Origin: a virus
Direction: 5' to 3' (one strand)
IMG/VR virus record: IMGVR_UViG_3300044991_002272
Length of the DNA stretch: 64,000 bases
Numbering within the stretch: position 1 is the first letter of the stretch; each line of letters opens with the position of its first letter. Under the pieces are notes generated by a model. The model had not been told where the DNA came from and did no database searches. It was given only the letters and a program-made list of their open reading frames with translations. Made by a program: the position numbers and the translations under genes. This document shows positions 1 through 8,439 of this stretch, one piece after another.

Positions 1-883
1 CATAGAGCCCCAAACTCAAGGCCACCTCCATACAGGAGAGTTTGGAGTTGCCGCCAACAGCACTACTCATGCTACCAGAGGTGTCAACCATTGGAAGGAT
101 GTTGTCCTCACCCAACAGATTTGGTAGGCTGTCCCATTGAGCTTGCGCAACTTCTGCATCGCCATTACGCATGCTCTTCAACACATCGTAGGGAAAGAGA
201 ACGGAGCTGTTCACACGGGCAACACCAGTTTTCAAACCCTCTTTCCAAAGGTTGTAGCGTGCTGGATCATTTTTCAAAAAAGCCTTTTGATAGCGAGCAC
301 TGGCTACAGAAGGCAATTGGCTATAGTGAATGTTGTGCCATTGTCGCGCACACATCTGTTGTTCCACTGTGTGACATTGGTTAACCACTAACTGGCGATA
401 TTCTTTGGGAGTTTTGATTCCCAAGAGTTTGCGCAAGCGATTGGCTAGTTGTCCTTGGCGCGGGGCATATTTGGCTGCTAGTGCCTTGCCTTTGTGCAGC
501 TCATCAGCATAATATGCTAGTGCAACCTGTTGCACTAGTGGATGAGCAATACTGAGTAAGTCGTCATATCTACCAAACTCAGGGATCAATGTGAGCAAGC
601 GAATTGCCAGCTCTGGATCCTTCTCACACAGTTGGTTGAACAATTTCCGGAAAATATCGCGTTCACCAGCACCACCGCGTGCATCACGTGCCCAAAACAG
701 GGTTTTCACTGTCAGCAGTGTATCACAACTGAATGCAGCAGAAAATTGAGTAGACAGATTTTTGCCTCGACTGCTGCCGATGACAGCAAAGAGATCCAAT
801 ACAGGATTGTTGGTTGTTGCATTGGTGGGCATGCCATTGGCTGTTTCTGAGTGGGTGAGATCAACGGCTGCTGCAAAGCTCAT
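1..883 (-). CDS. DUF2828-like (TROVE-related) VWA domain protein, 3'-truncated by window edge
   Basis: Not in ORF track. Manual translation from ATG at 883: MSFAAAVDLTHSETANGM..VLDLFAVIGSSRG..LFWARDARGGAGERDIF..IPEFGRYDDL..AAKYAPRQ..LFPYDV..ILPMVDTSGSM (MIDAS DxSxS)..VALSLGLY; open to base 1. Confidence 0.8.
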   Translation of the reverse strand, partial: MSFAAAVDLTHSETANGMPTNATTNNPVLDLFAVIGSSRGKNLSTQFSAAFSCDTLLTVKTLFWARDARGGAGERDIFRKLFNQLCEKDPELAIRLLTLIPEFGRYDDLLSIAHPLVQQVALAYYADELHKGKALAAKYAPRQGQLANRLRKLLGIKTPKEYRQLVVNQCHTVEQQMCARQWHNIHYSQLPSVASARYQKAFLKNDPARYNLWKEGLKTGVARVNSSVLFPYDVLKSMRNGDAEVAQAQWDSLPNLLGEDNILPMVDTSGSMSSAVGGNSKLSCMEVALSLGLY

Positions 884-913
884 GCAAAATTTCCTCATGC
901 ATATGTGTAGTGA

Positions 914-942
914 ACTATACCCTGTAAACAGGGTTGTGTCAA
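914..942 (-). promoter_or_regulatory. sigma70-type promoter with palindrome in spacer
   Basis: TTGACA(942-937)-N17-TATAGT(919-914); ACCCTG-TTTA-CAGGGT inverted repeat at 934-919. Confidence 0.7.
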
Positions 943-1208
943 AAATGTCGCAGCTTGATTTCAGCAATCAATTCTTGGAAACTGTCATCTTTCAAATCAA
1001 GAGGAAAGCCTTGCAGTCGGTTATTGTAGATTGGCAGCGTGTATCTAGTGTTCTCTACTTCAAAAAAGATTACAAACTTGTCATTTACTACGTCTTGAGC
1101 TATATCAATGTTCTGAGCCGAGACTTCTGCAATGATCTCGTAGATCAAGGGGCTTAACCAACGATATGTTTGATAGCTGATGTATTGTGCATTTATTTGA
1201 GTAGTCAC
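939..1208 (-). CDS. hypothetical protein (89 aa)
   Basis: GTG start preceded by AGGAGA SD; fits gene spacing. Confidence 0.6.
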   Translation of the reverse strand: MTTQINAQYISYQTYRWLSPLIYEIIAEVSAQNIDIAQDVVNDKFVIFFEVENTRYTLPIYNNRLQGFPLDLKDDSFQELIAEIKLRHF

Positions 1209-1418
1209 AGGATCTCCTTTGTATCACACATGATGCGATTTTAAGTTTGCGGAAGAGATCCTTTGTGGTGGGCACGGATTTGGATGTGGAATTGAACCAC
1301 TGGTTTTGATAAACAAAACGTTATCCAAAGGTTTGCTGAACCAAATCCTCAAGCCCGTAAACAGAATGCTGTTTTTGCACTTTTCCAATTGCATAAACTT
1401 TGCTGTAAGCATTCTTCC
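1209..1418 (-). ncRNA. candidate structured leader RNA with three repeated stem + TWCMGCAAAS units
   Basis: Three perfect 8-bp stems (1415-1408/1370-1363; 1348-1341/1283-1276; 1262-1255/1216-1209), each 5' strand followed directly by TACAGCAAAG, TTCAGCAAAC or TTCCGCAAAC. Confidence 0.7.
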
Positions 1419-1423
1419 TTTTA

Positions 1424-1452
1424 AGGATATATGACAAATAGTGTTGTGTCAA
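1424..1452 (-). promoter_or_regulatory. sigma70-type promoter driving the structured leader
   Basis: TTGACA(1452-1447)-N17-TATCCT(1429-1424). Confidence 0.6.
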
Positions 1453-2273
1453 ATAGCAATTTCAATTTCCACTGGAGTCCAACCAAGGTTTTCACCAGGA
1501 TAGCCTCGAGCGTTGTTGATGTAGCGAACACCAGTCAGCACCCGGTCCTGACGATCATGCGTGTGACCAAAGCACCAAGCCCGAATGTTTGAGTTGGTGA
1601 TGGGTTCCAAGAGTGTGTTTGCATAACTGCCATTTAGCATAACCCACTTGGGGTTTGGATTATACTTCAGCAGTGCTCGATTTGGTGCATGATGCGTCAG
1701 TACCACCACTGGGTGTGCTGAGTTGGTTACAGTGTTTTGGATATACTCAGCATCCGCTTTTGCAGAGTCTACAATTGCTTGCACCTTGTATTCTGTTCCC
1801 CACTGGATATAGCGAGCATCATTCATGTAATGTAGGTAAGCTGAGGATTGCTGCTCAAAGTCAAATGGGCTACCAGCTTGGAAATCATGCCAACCAGTAG
1901 CACCCACAAACTTCACACCGTTGACCACAACACTACCTCGATGCAGAAATGAGACATTATGTGCTTTGTTGTATCGGCTGTAGTGGTCGTAGATTTCCTC
2001 AACAGTGCGCGGATAGGGATACTGAGCGTCAAACTCTGGGTCACTCAGTCGAGTGGAATGAAATCCTAGGTTATAGAAGTCGTGATTTCCAGCCACCCAA
2101 ATTACATGTTCAAATCGCTGACCAGCTTCACGCAGCCACCGGCTTCCAGCGCGAACATCATTTTCAATGTCGCCACACACCACAAGTGGAGTGGCAGAGT
2201 CAACCTCGTCAAGAAGCTGCCAATCCCACCCACTGTGGTCAATGTGAATGTCAGAGATGAGGGCAAATTTCAT
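1449..2273 (-). CDS. calcineurin-like metallophosphoesterase
   Basis: Motifs SDIH, GD, GNHD, HHAP, FGHTH. Confidence 0.92.
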   Translation of the reverse strand: MKFALISDIHIDHSGWDWQLLDEVDSATPLVVCGDIENDVRAGSRWLREAGQRFEHVIWVAGNHDFYNLGFHSTRLSDPEFDAQYPYPRTVEEIYDHYSRYNKAHNVSFLHRGSVVVNGVKFVGATGWHDFQAGSPFDFEQQSSAYLHYMNDARYIQWGTEYKVQAIVDSAKADAEYIQNTVTNSAHPVVVLTHHAPNRALLKYNPNPKWVMLNGSYANTLLEPITNSNIRAWCFGHTHDRQDRVLTGVRYINNARGYPGENLGWTPVEIEIAI

Positions 2274-2530
2274 AAGAATATCTTTCCAAAGAAGAAGCAG
2301 GTCACAAACTCAAGATCAAACAGAGACTCTAACAAAGAACAAACGACAACCAACAAACTGCAAAACACAATCCCAATATAGCAGCACAACAAAAAACAAA
2401 TGGCGCCTGTGAGGCTTACCGAAAACGTGCTGAGCAATGGGTTTAGCCCTGGAGGATGTTATCCATCCTGTCAATGATAATGTCTTGTTTTTTCCTTCAC
2501 TTGTGACCTGATTGTGCAGGCTTTGTGGGC
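2274..2530 (-). ncRNA. candidate structured intergenic RNA
   Basis: 257-nt gap; 10-bp inverted repeat CAGGTCACAA (2510-2501 vs 2307-2298), internal GGATG-gataa-CATCC hairpin, GU-rich 3' half. Confidence 0.4.
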
Positions 2531-3100
2531 CTACACAATACCTAGAGACTCAAGCCATGTCCAGTCTTGGTCTCGAATATTGATTTCAGTAGAGATGTTA
2601 GCAGTCATAAGCTCTTCACCAATAGCTGTCTGCCTGCGACGCAGTGTGACCAGCTGTGTGTTGAACTTCTCAATGTCGGTAAGGCTGAACACACCAACAG
2701 AAAAGCTTTCGGTGATTCGGTAAGAGCTTTTCTCATTGGCAACCGAGATGCTTTTGGCACGCTCTGCCAGGTGTGTGCTGCTGGGAACAGGAGTGCTCTT
2801 CACCAGCCGGGAGAACCGCGAAATCTGAGCAGCTACTACAGCCTGCTCACATAGCAGTTTACTAACACTGCACTTTACATTGGCTGCACCCACTTGCTCT
2901 CGGATGTTTGCGAGTGTTGACTCAAGACGATCAATCTCATCAATTGCACGCATTTGCGCACCACGAGCAATTGCCAGCATCTCATCATTTACTGACCAAA
3001 GTTCCATAGTTAGTTCGCCAGTAAGCTGTGATTGACGCTCACTGATAGCAGCTCGAATGCTGTTTTGCACAGCAGCAGCCTTGCGCAGATTCAATTTCAT
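2531..3100 (-). CDS. hypothetical helical/coiled-coil phage protein
   Basis: ORF; start MKLNLRKAAA at 3100 chosen from SD-like AGGGA and the promoter position. Confidence 0.7.
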   Translation of the reverse strand: MKLNLRKAAAVQNSIRAAISERQSQLTGELTMELWSVNDEMLAIARGAQMRAIDEIDRLESTLANIREQVGAANVKCSVSKLLCEQAVVAAQISRFSRLVKSTPVPSSTHLAERAKSISVANEKSSYRITESFSVGVFSLTDIEKFNTQLVTLRRRQTAIGEELMTANISTEINIRDQDWTWLESLGIV

Positions 3101-3133
3101 CTCGTTGTCCCTATCAGCGTTTTGTTGTAGCAA

Positions 3134-3162
3134 ATTCTAGCTGAGGGCAGAGGTTACGTCAA
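3134..3162 (-). promoter_or_regulatory. sigma70-type early promoter
   Basis: TTGACG-N17-TAGAAT. Confidence 0.7.
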
Positions 3163-3168
3163 ACCCTT

Positions 3169-3321
3169 TCAAATAGGCATGTGAATTTTTTGATGACGTT
3201 GAGTTTCAACCCTTTTCAATCGGCACTCAAAGTCAACAACATCAACAGCTTCACTCAGATAGCGTTCCTCATTGGTCATGCAATAATGGTGCCACCATTG
3301 ACGAATTTTTTCCAAAAACAT
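3169..3321 (-). CDS. small protein (50 aa), DUF3563-like
   Basis: Below ORF-track cutoff: MFLEKIRQWWHHYCMTNEERYLSEAVDVVDFECRLKRVETQRHQKIHMPI; GGAGA SD; TTAAATA late promoter at 3349-3343. Confidence 0.6.
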   Translation of the reverse strand: MFLEKIRQWWHHYCMTNEERYLSEAVDVVDFECRLKRVETQRHQKIHMPI

Positions 3322-3373
3322 AATAGTTCTCCTGTTTTTGGCTATTTAACAGGAAATTGTTGCAGTGCACAAA

Positions 3374-4078
3374 TTACCATCTTGCATTTCCTTCAAATCC
3401 TGCATCTTCCAATTCTTTTTGGCAATCAAACATTGCTCGTTTGCCTTGTCCCAAGAATGGTTTCATTATGTTTATGACTTCAGTAGCTTTGCTGGGAAAC
3501 TCAATACTGGCGAGACTAAGGTTATTTGCCACCAATGTACGCAAGAGAGGCATGTCTTCGCGCCAATCGAGGGCTACATGAGACACATCCACAGGAAAGC
3601 CCTCTAGTGAGCGTAGATTTGGATTTCGTATAGCCACCATTATTCCATCTACTTTTTTGGGCCCGCCGATGAAATTTGTGATATTTGTGTCCAAAAGCAA
3701 AAACTCTCCGCGGATATGAACAGGCGCGCCTTGCAGGGTGCGTAGTGGGTTGTCTGAGCAGACATATGCCCCAAAAACTTCAGTAGGGCCACCTTCAAGT
3801 GAAGTGAGCTTGTTATCCTGACACTTAAAACTGCCTTCCACTGTATAAGGACAGCCTACTAAACTTTTCAAGTTACTATTACTCACATTGAAGTGTCGCC
3901 GCACATAACCAAACTTCACCGGCAGTGTTGAAGTGAGTTTGCCGTCAAATGTGCGAAAGTTTTTGTTCAACGCATCTACACCGGTAGCCGAGACTTGACC
4001 CTCGTCATCAATATCAACTGGACCAGAAAAGGCAAAATTGATTTTCAGGAGGTCCCATATGTCAGCTTCAGTTACCAA
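3374..4078 (-). CDS. LRR-like repeat protein, paralog 4
   Basis: LxSLEGxP repeats; C-tail LPLLRTL..FDCQKELEDAGFEGNARW; TTG start overlapping upstream stop. Confidence 0.85.
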   Translation of the reverse strand: MVTEADIWDLLKINFAFSGPVDIDDEGQVSATGVDALNKNFRTFDGKLTSTLPVKFGYVRRHFNVSNSNLKSLVGCPYTVEGSFKCQDNKLTSLEGGPTEVFGAYVCSDNPLRTLQGAPVHIRGEFLLLDTNITNFIGGPKKVDGIMVAIRNPNLRSLEGFPVDVSHVALDWREDMPLLRTLVANNLSLASIEFPSKATEVINIMKPFLGQGKRAMFDCQKELEDAGFEGNARW

Positions 4079-4752
4079 TGTGCGTTCCCTTCAAATCCAG
4101 CGTCCTCTAGATCCTTTTGGCATTCAAACAAGTATCGTATGCCGTTTCCTGCGTATTTGTTTAGAATTTGTTTGACTGTCCAAACGTCAAGATTATCAGG
4201 ATAAAATTCAATTTTTTTGGCCATTAGTGTGCGAAGCAAAGGCAGCCGGTTTTTGTATGTGATGTGTACAGTGTCGCCAACCTCAGGAAACCCCTCAAGT
4301 GACCGGAGCTTGGTATTACTGTAGCACCAAAAATCGCTGCCAACAGAGGCAGGTGCCCCCAGTAGTGATGACAACAGTGGGTTCTGTGAGCAATAGAAGG
4401 TGCTAAGAACTTCAACAGGTCCTCCCTCAAGTGATTTTAGGAGCTGGTTCTTTCGACAGCGAAACCCTGTGACTTTTTGTGGGGCGCCAGCTAGTGATGT
4501 GAGTTTAGTGTTGTCGCACCAGAAATCACCGCCAATCACTTGGGGTGCACCTTCAAGAGATATCAATTTTTCGTTGTTTCTGCAAAAGAAATCTCCAGCT
4601 ACATCACCAAACCGCACAGGCAATCTCGCCGTATCGTGTGTTAGCTCCACATGCCCATTACAAGAGACCAGTCCGTGATCGTCAATGGTTATCTCACCAG
4701 TTGTTTTAAAATATTTTTTCAACAACTCCATTATTTCATTCTTGTCTACCAC
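4072..4752 (-). CDS. LRR-like repeat protein, paralog 3
   Basis: SLEGAP repeats; same C-tail ending GFEGNAHW; GTG start. Confidence 0.85.
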   Translation of the reverse strand: MVDKNEIMELLKKYFKTTGEITIDDHGLVSCNGHVELTHDTARLPVRFGDVAGDFFCRNNEKLISLEGAPQVIGGDFWCDNTKLTSLAGAPQKVTGFRCRKNQLLKSLEGGPVEVLSTFYCSQNPLLSSLLGAPASVGSDFWCYSNTKLRSLEGFPEVGDTVHITYKNRLPLLRTLMAKKIEFYPDNLDVWTVKQILNKYAGNGIRYLFECQKDLEDAGFEGNAHW

Positions 4753-5480
4753 CTTGCATTTCCTTCAAATCCAGCATCTTCCAGTTCTTTTTGGCAATCA
4801 AACATTGCTCGTTTGCCTTGTCCTGCATAGAGGTTTAAAATTGTTTCAATTGTTTTGTCCTCTCGGTAGGGATAGAATTGAACCTTTTTTGCCAGCAAAC
4901 AACGAAGCAGTGGCAAAGTGGAGCTATAGGAGAGATGTAAGATTCCAGGTATGGTTGGCAAGCCTTCAAGTGTGGTGAGCTGCTGGTTGATGTGGCAGAA
5001 GAAATCACCACCAACTGAAGTGGGTGCACCTTCAAGTGTGGTGAGCTGGTTGTTGTAGCAGAAGAAATTACCACCAACTGAAGTGGGTGCACCTTCAAGT
5101 GTGGTGAGCTGGTTGTTGTCGCACCAGAAACTACCACCAACTGAAGTGGGTGCACCTTCAAGTGTGGTGAGCTGCTGGTTGCTGCACGAGAAATCACCAC
5201 CAACTGAAGTGGGTGCACCTTCAAGTGTGGTGAGCTGGTTGTTGTAGCAGAAGAAATTACCACCAACTGAAGTGGGTGCACCTTCAAGTGTGGTGAGCTG
5301 GTTGATATGGCAGAAGAAATCACCACCAACCTTATCAAAAGCAACAGGCAATCTCTTCAACTTCTTTTTTAGATTTACCATACCTGTACAACTAACCAAT
5401 CCCTTATCATCAATGGTTATTGAACCAGTTGTTTTGAAATTAGCTTTCAACAAAGCCATTATTTCTTTTTTGTCTACCAT
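4746..5480 (-). CDS. LRR-like repeat protein, paralog 2
   Basis: Near-identical 21-22 aa repeats LTTLEGAPTSVGGxFxCxxxQ; same C-tail. Confidence 0.9.
   Translation of the reverse strand: MVDKKEIMALLKANFKTTGSITIDDKGLVSCTGMVNLKKKLKRLPVAFDKVGGDFFCHINQLTTLEGAPTSVGGNFFCYNNQLTTLEGAPTSVGGDFSCSNQQLTTLEGAPTSVGGSFWCDNNQLTTLEGAPTSVGGNFFCYNNQLTTLEGAPTSVGGDFFCHINQQLTTLEGLPTIPGILHLSYSSTLPLLRCLLAKKVQFYPYREDKTIETILNLYAGQGKRAMFDCQKELEDAGFEGNARW
4963..5332. repeat. 63/66-bp tandem coding repeat (about 6 units)
   Basis: ccttcaag anchor at 4963, 5029, 5092, 5155, 5218, 5281; 42-bp block accaccaactgaagtgggtgcaccttcaagtgtggtgagctg identical in five copies. Confidence 0.95.
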
Positions 5481-6112
5481 TTTGCATTCCCTTCAAATCC
5501 AGCATCTTCCAAGTCCTTTTGACAATCAAACAAACCCTTTTTGCCTTTGCCAGCATATTTGTTCAATATCTTGGCTACCTGGTAAGCCTTCTCGAAAGTG
5601 TCACCTGTGTTTGAGAACCCAACTTCCTTAGCAACCAAAGTTCTCAACAAAGGCAAACTATTGTGCCATGTTAAGTCAACACTTGTTCCAACGTGGTTAG
5701 GAAACCCTTGTAAGGAGGTTAACCAGTTACCATGGCAGCTGAGTCTGCCTGGAATTTCAGTAGGCAGGCCTGTTAAATCACTCAAACGATTATAAGAGCA
5801 ATTGTATTCGCCGCCTACAATCTTTGTTGGTCCATGTTCAAGAGACTCTAGTTCGTTACCAGAGCAATAAAAGGACCCGCACTCTTGTGGCGCACCTAAG
5901 AGAGATTCAAGCCCCATGCTGGCAAAGCCGCAGACGCCTGTGACTTTTTTGAAACGCACAGGTAGCTGGGGAAAGGATTGCCCTACTCCCCAAGCTACAA
6001 TATCACCGTCAACAACTATCTCATTACTGGGACTCAAGGAGATTTTGGTTGTGCTAGGCACATCAAAATTTTTGTAGACCCAACTCTCTACTTGTTCTTT
6101 TGTGTCCAGCAT
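5474..6112 (-). CDS. LRR-like repeat protein, paralog 1
   Basis: ESLLGAP/ESLEHGP/SDLTGLP repeats; same C-tail; start MLDTKEQV at 6112 overlaps upstream TGA (TGATG). Confidence 0.85.
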   Translation of the reverse strand: MLDTKEQVESWVYKNFDVPSTTKISLSPSNEIVVDGDIVAWGVGQSFPQLPVRFKKVTGVCGFASMGLESLLGAPQECGSFYCSGNELESLEHGPTKIVGGEYNCSYNRLSDLTGLPTEIPGRLSCHGNWLTSLQGFPNHVGTSVDLTWHNSLPLLRTLVAKEVGFSNTGDTFEKAYQVAKILNKYAGKGKKGLFDCQKDLEDAGFEGNAKW

Positions 6113-8421
6113 CAGAGGTGACTGAAGTTGGGTGTGTTTTGACCCAATTTTTTGACAGCCTTGCGCCAAGTGTATTCATTATCACTTATGAAAAACACAT
6201 TCCTTTTGTGGGCTTTCCACATTGTCAAGAATTGTTTCCAGTTTTGAGAATCATCCACGATGTCACTGTCACTAAAGATCATAATATTGAATCCTTCCGC
6301 AGCAGCAGCACTGAGCTGACTTGCCATGGAACCGCTAAACAGCGTGGCACCAGTGCCATGCTGTTGCAGCACATTGTTCCATCCTTTTATTTGTTTGTTT
6401 TTGTCCACAGGTTGACTCAATTGACTTAGGTTGGCGATAGGAGCGTAATAATTTTGCCCTTGATTTACAACAAAGTTTTCATGATCTCCAGCGAAAAACA
6501 TAACACCAAAAGGATAATCCACTTTGCCCAATTGTTTCAACAATGTTTCTGCTTCTTTCAAAGCTTGTGGCACAGCAGCCCACATGCTGCCTGAAGTGTC
6601 AAAAACAAACAACACTTTGTTAACAGGAACAGGACGCTTGACTTCACCGGGTTTGATTGCTGCCGCGCCCAGTTTGGCTGCTATGGGTGCGCCAGTAATG
6701 TTTCTTCGGCTGGGTTTGGTATAACTGGTGTCAATAGCCAATTGGCTGCTGGAAACCATTTTCCTAATCAAAGCTTTCCAGTTCATTTTAGGAGTAATAT
6801 CTTCCACACGTTTTTTGGCAGTGCCTAATGTCAAGTCACCACTGGCTCTAGATCCAGATGTACTCTGTTGTTCAGGTGAAGGAGGAGGCGGCGAATCCCG
6901 TTCTTCACGATTTTCCAATTTGTCTTTCAACTTCTCGTGAATTTCATCAGGAGTTGGTCCATAGACTTTTTTAGGTTTTTTACCTGCCTTTTCGCCTGGC
7001 TTTTTTTCTTTTTCTTCGCTAGGAGGCGATGGCGGTGGTGGAGGTGGAGGTGGTTCGCCTTCCATTTGAGTTTGTGGTGGAGGCGGAGTATCAGAGGGAG
7101 GAGCAGGAGGTGTAGGCGGTTGCGAACCTGGGTCCTTATAAGGTTGCATCCAAGTTACGTCATCAGATTTCCAACGCCCTTCCATCAAGACTCGTTTTTG
7201 GCGGCTTTCCGTTAAATTGCCTCGAGCTACACCAGTTCCTTTGGGGTAGTTCAATTTTTGTGTGGCTTGGTCAGGTGTCAAGATTTGTGTGTCAAAAGAA
7301 CCATCAGGATCAATTTTTGTGACTTCACCATAGGATCCATCTGGTAAGCGTACAACGTCTCCCACACTGGCTTTGTAAGGCACTTTGATTACAGGTGCAT
7401 CAGGACCTTTGGGTTGGGGTGGCAGTTTGTTGGGTTCTTCATCAATTTCTGCCATACCTTCCCAAGTTTTTCTCAAATGGGGTGGCAGCTTTTTCAACTC
7501 ATCGTGAACCAATTGGGCCATTTCGCTATAGCTGCTTTGCCGGTCACTATTGATGTGATCGCTGAACAAGCCTATTGGCAACTGTTGGTAATTGTTTTTG
7601 ACTAAGTCGTAATTGCTACGGAAATCGCTTGCCCAGTTGTGTATTTTGTGACTGAACTCTGGCATTTGTTTGCCATAATTGAAGTCACCCCAGGCAAAGT
7701 GCATGTATTCGTGCATAATGAGAAACTCCACATACACATATGCATCTGGAATAGATCCGCCATTGCTTTGATATTTCTTGCCTTCGCCTTGGGCACCTTC
7801 AATTACAGCCCAGTCCATGAGATTTTGCATGAAATGAGTATTGAAAACAAAGTCTCCACGTTCTGTAGCACAGGCAGTTTTCACACCATTGAACTTTTTG
7901 AACTCTGGCAGATCGCTAGGAATCAAAATGGGATGAACTTTCCAGATTCTGCGAATTGGGTCAGCAGGTTGTTTCAAAGGGCGGAACATAGGATGCTCTT
8001 GCTGAACCATTTGAGCCAGTTTCAAAAACGTTGTGGGATCAAACTGAACCAATTGTGGATTTGGACGATTGGTATTGTGCCGTACTGACGAAACTAGATC
8101 AAACACCGCATTCTCAGCAGCATTGTGTGCAATTGTTTCATACAATATAGGACTATATTTTTTGATCTCTTCAATTTCTGCCATTTTTTTCTTAACATCA
8201 CGAATGATAATTGCCACAGGTACACCTGTGACTTCACTTGCATGTTGAATTACTTCTTGAATATGAGGATCTTGTAGAGAACTCTTTTTGAAGGGCGTTT
8301 CGCCCATTTCGCGTGCACGCATAGTCCAAGCCTCAGTAACCCTTGTTCTGGCGGTTACTGAGGTCTTGGTATCCAAAGCCAAAAGTGTTTTGGCTAAATT
8401 GCTCTTGACAGAAAATGCCAT
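6112..8421 (-). CDS. DUF2201-like Zn-metallopeptidase + Pro-rich linker + VWA domain protein
   Basis: HEYMH (HExxH), poly-Pro linker, MIDAS FDTSGSM..T..SDSD. Confidence 0.85.
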   Translation of the reverse strand: MAFSVKSNLAKTLLALDTKTSVTARTRVTEAWTMRAREMGETPFKKSSLQDPHIQEVIQHASEVTGVPVAIIIRDVKKKMAEIEEIKKYSPILYETIAHNAAENAVFDLVSSVRHNTNRPNPQLVQFDPTTFLKLAQMVQQEHPMFRPLKQPADPIRRIWKVHPILIPSDLPEFKKFNGVKTACATERGDFVFNTHFMQNLMDWAVIEGAQGEGKKYQSNGGSIPDAYVYVEFLIMHEYMHFAWGDFNYGKQMPEFSHKIHNWASDFRSNYDLVKNNYQQLPIGLFSDHINSDRQSSYSEMAQLVHDELKKLPPHLRKTWEGMAEIDEEPNKLPPQPKGPDAPVIKVPYKASVGDVVRLPDGSYGEVTKIDPDGSFDTQILTPDQATQKLNYPKGTGVARGNLTESRQKRVLMEGRWKSDDVTWMQPYKDPGSQPPTPPAPPSDTPPPPQTQMEGEPPPPPPPPSPPSEEKEKKPGEKAGKKPKKVYGPTPDEIHEKLKDKLENREERDSPPPPSPEQQSTSGSRASGDLTLGTAKKRVEDITPKMNWKALIRKMVSSSQLAIDTSYTKPSRRNITGAPIAAKLGAAAIKPGEVKRPVPVNKVLFVFDTSGSMWAAVPQALKEAETLLKQLGKVDYPFGVMFFAGDHENFVVNQGQNYYAPIANLSQLSQPVDKNKQIKGWNNVLQQHGTGATLFSGSMASQLSAAAAEGFNIMIFSDSDIVDDSQNWKQFLTMWKAHKRNVFFISDNEYTWRKAVKKLGQNTPNFSHL

Positions 8422-8439
8422 TGTTGGTCCTATCTTTGA

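Noticed and set aside
1284-1302. tRNA gene at GTGG-TTCAATT-CCAC
   Set aside because: Only a T-arm-like hairpin; no acceptor, D or anticodon arms
1224-1412. 62-aa ORF from the track
   Set aside because: Covers the structured leader, whose pairing pattern explains the sequence better; not excluded as a leader peptide
4963-5332. CRISPR-like array (42-bp repeats, 21-bp spacers)
   Set aside because: Period is 63/66 bp, in frame within an LRR gene; spacers are similar to each other and too short; no cas genes
3374-6112. Diversity-generating retroelement acting on the LRR genes
   Set aside because: No reverse transcriptase or non-coding template repeat in the window, and some variable sites do not fit A-only change; cannot be excluded genome-wide
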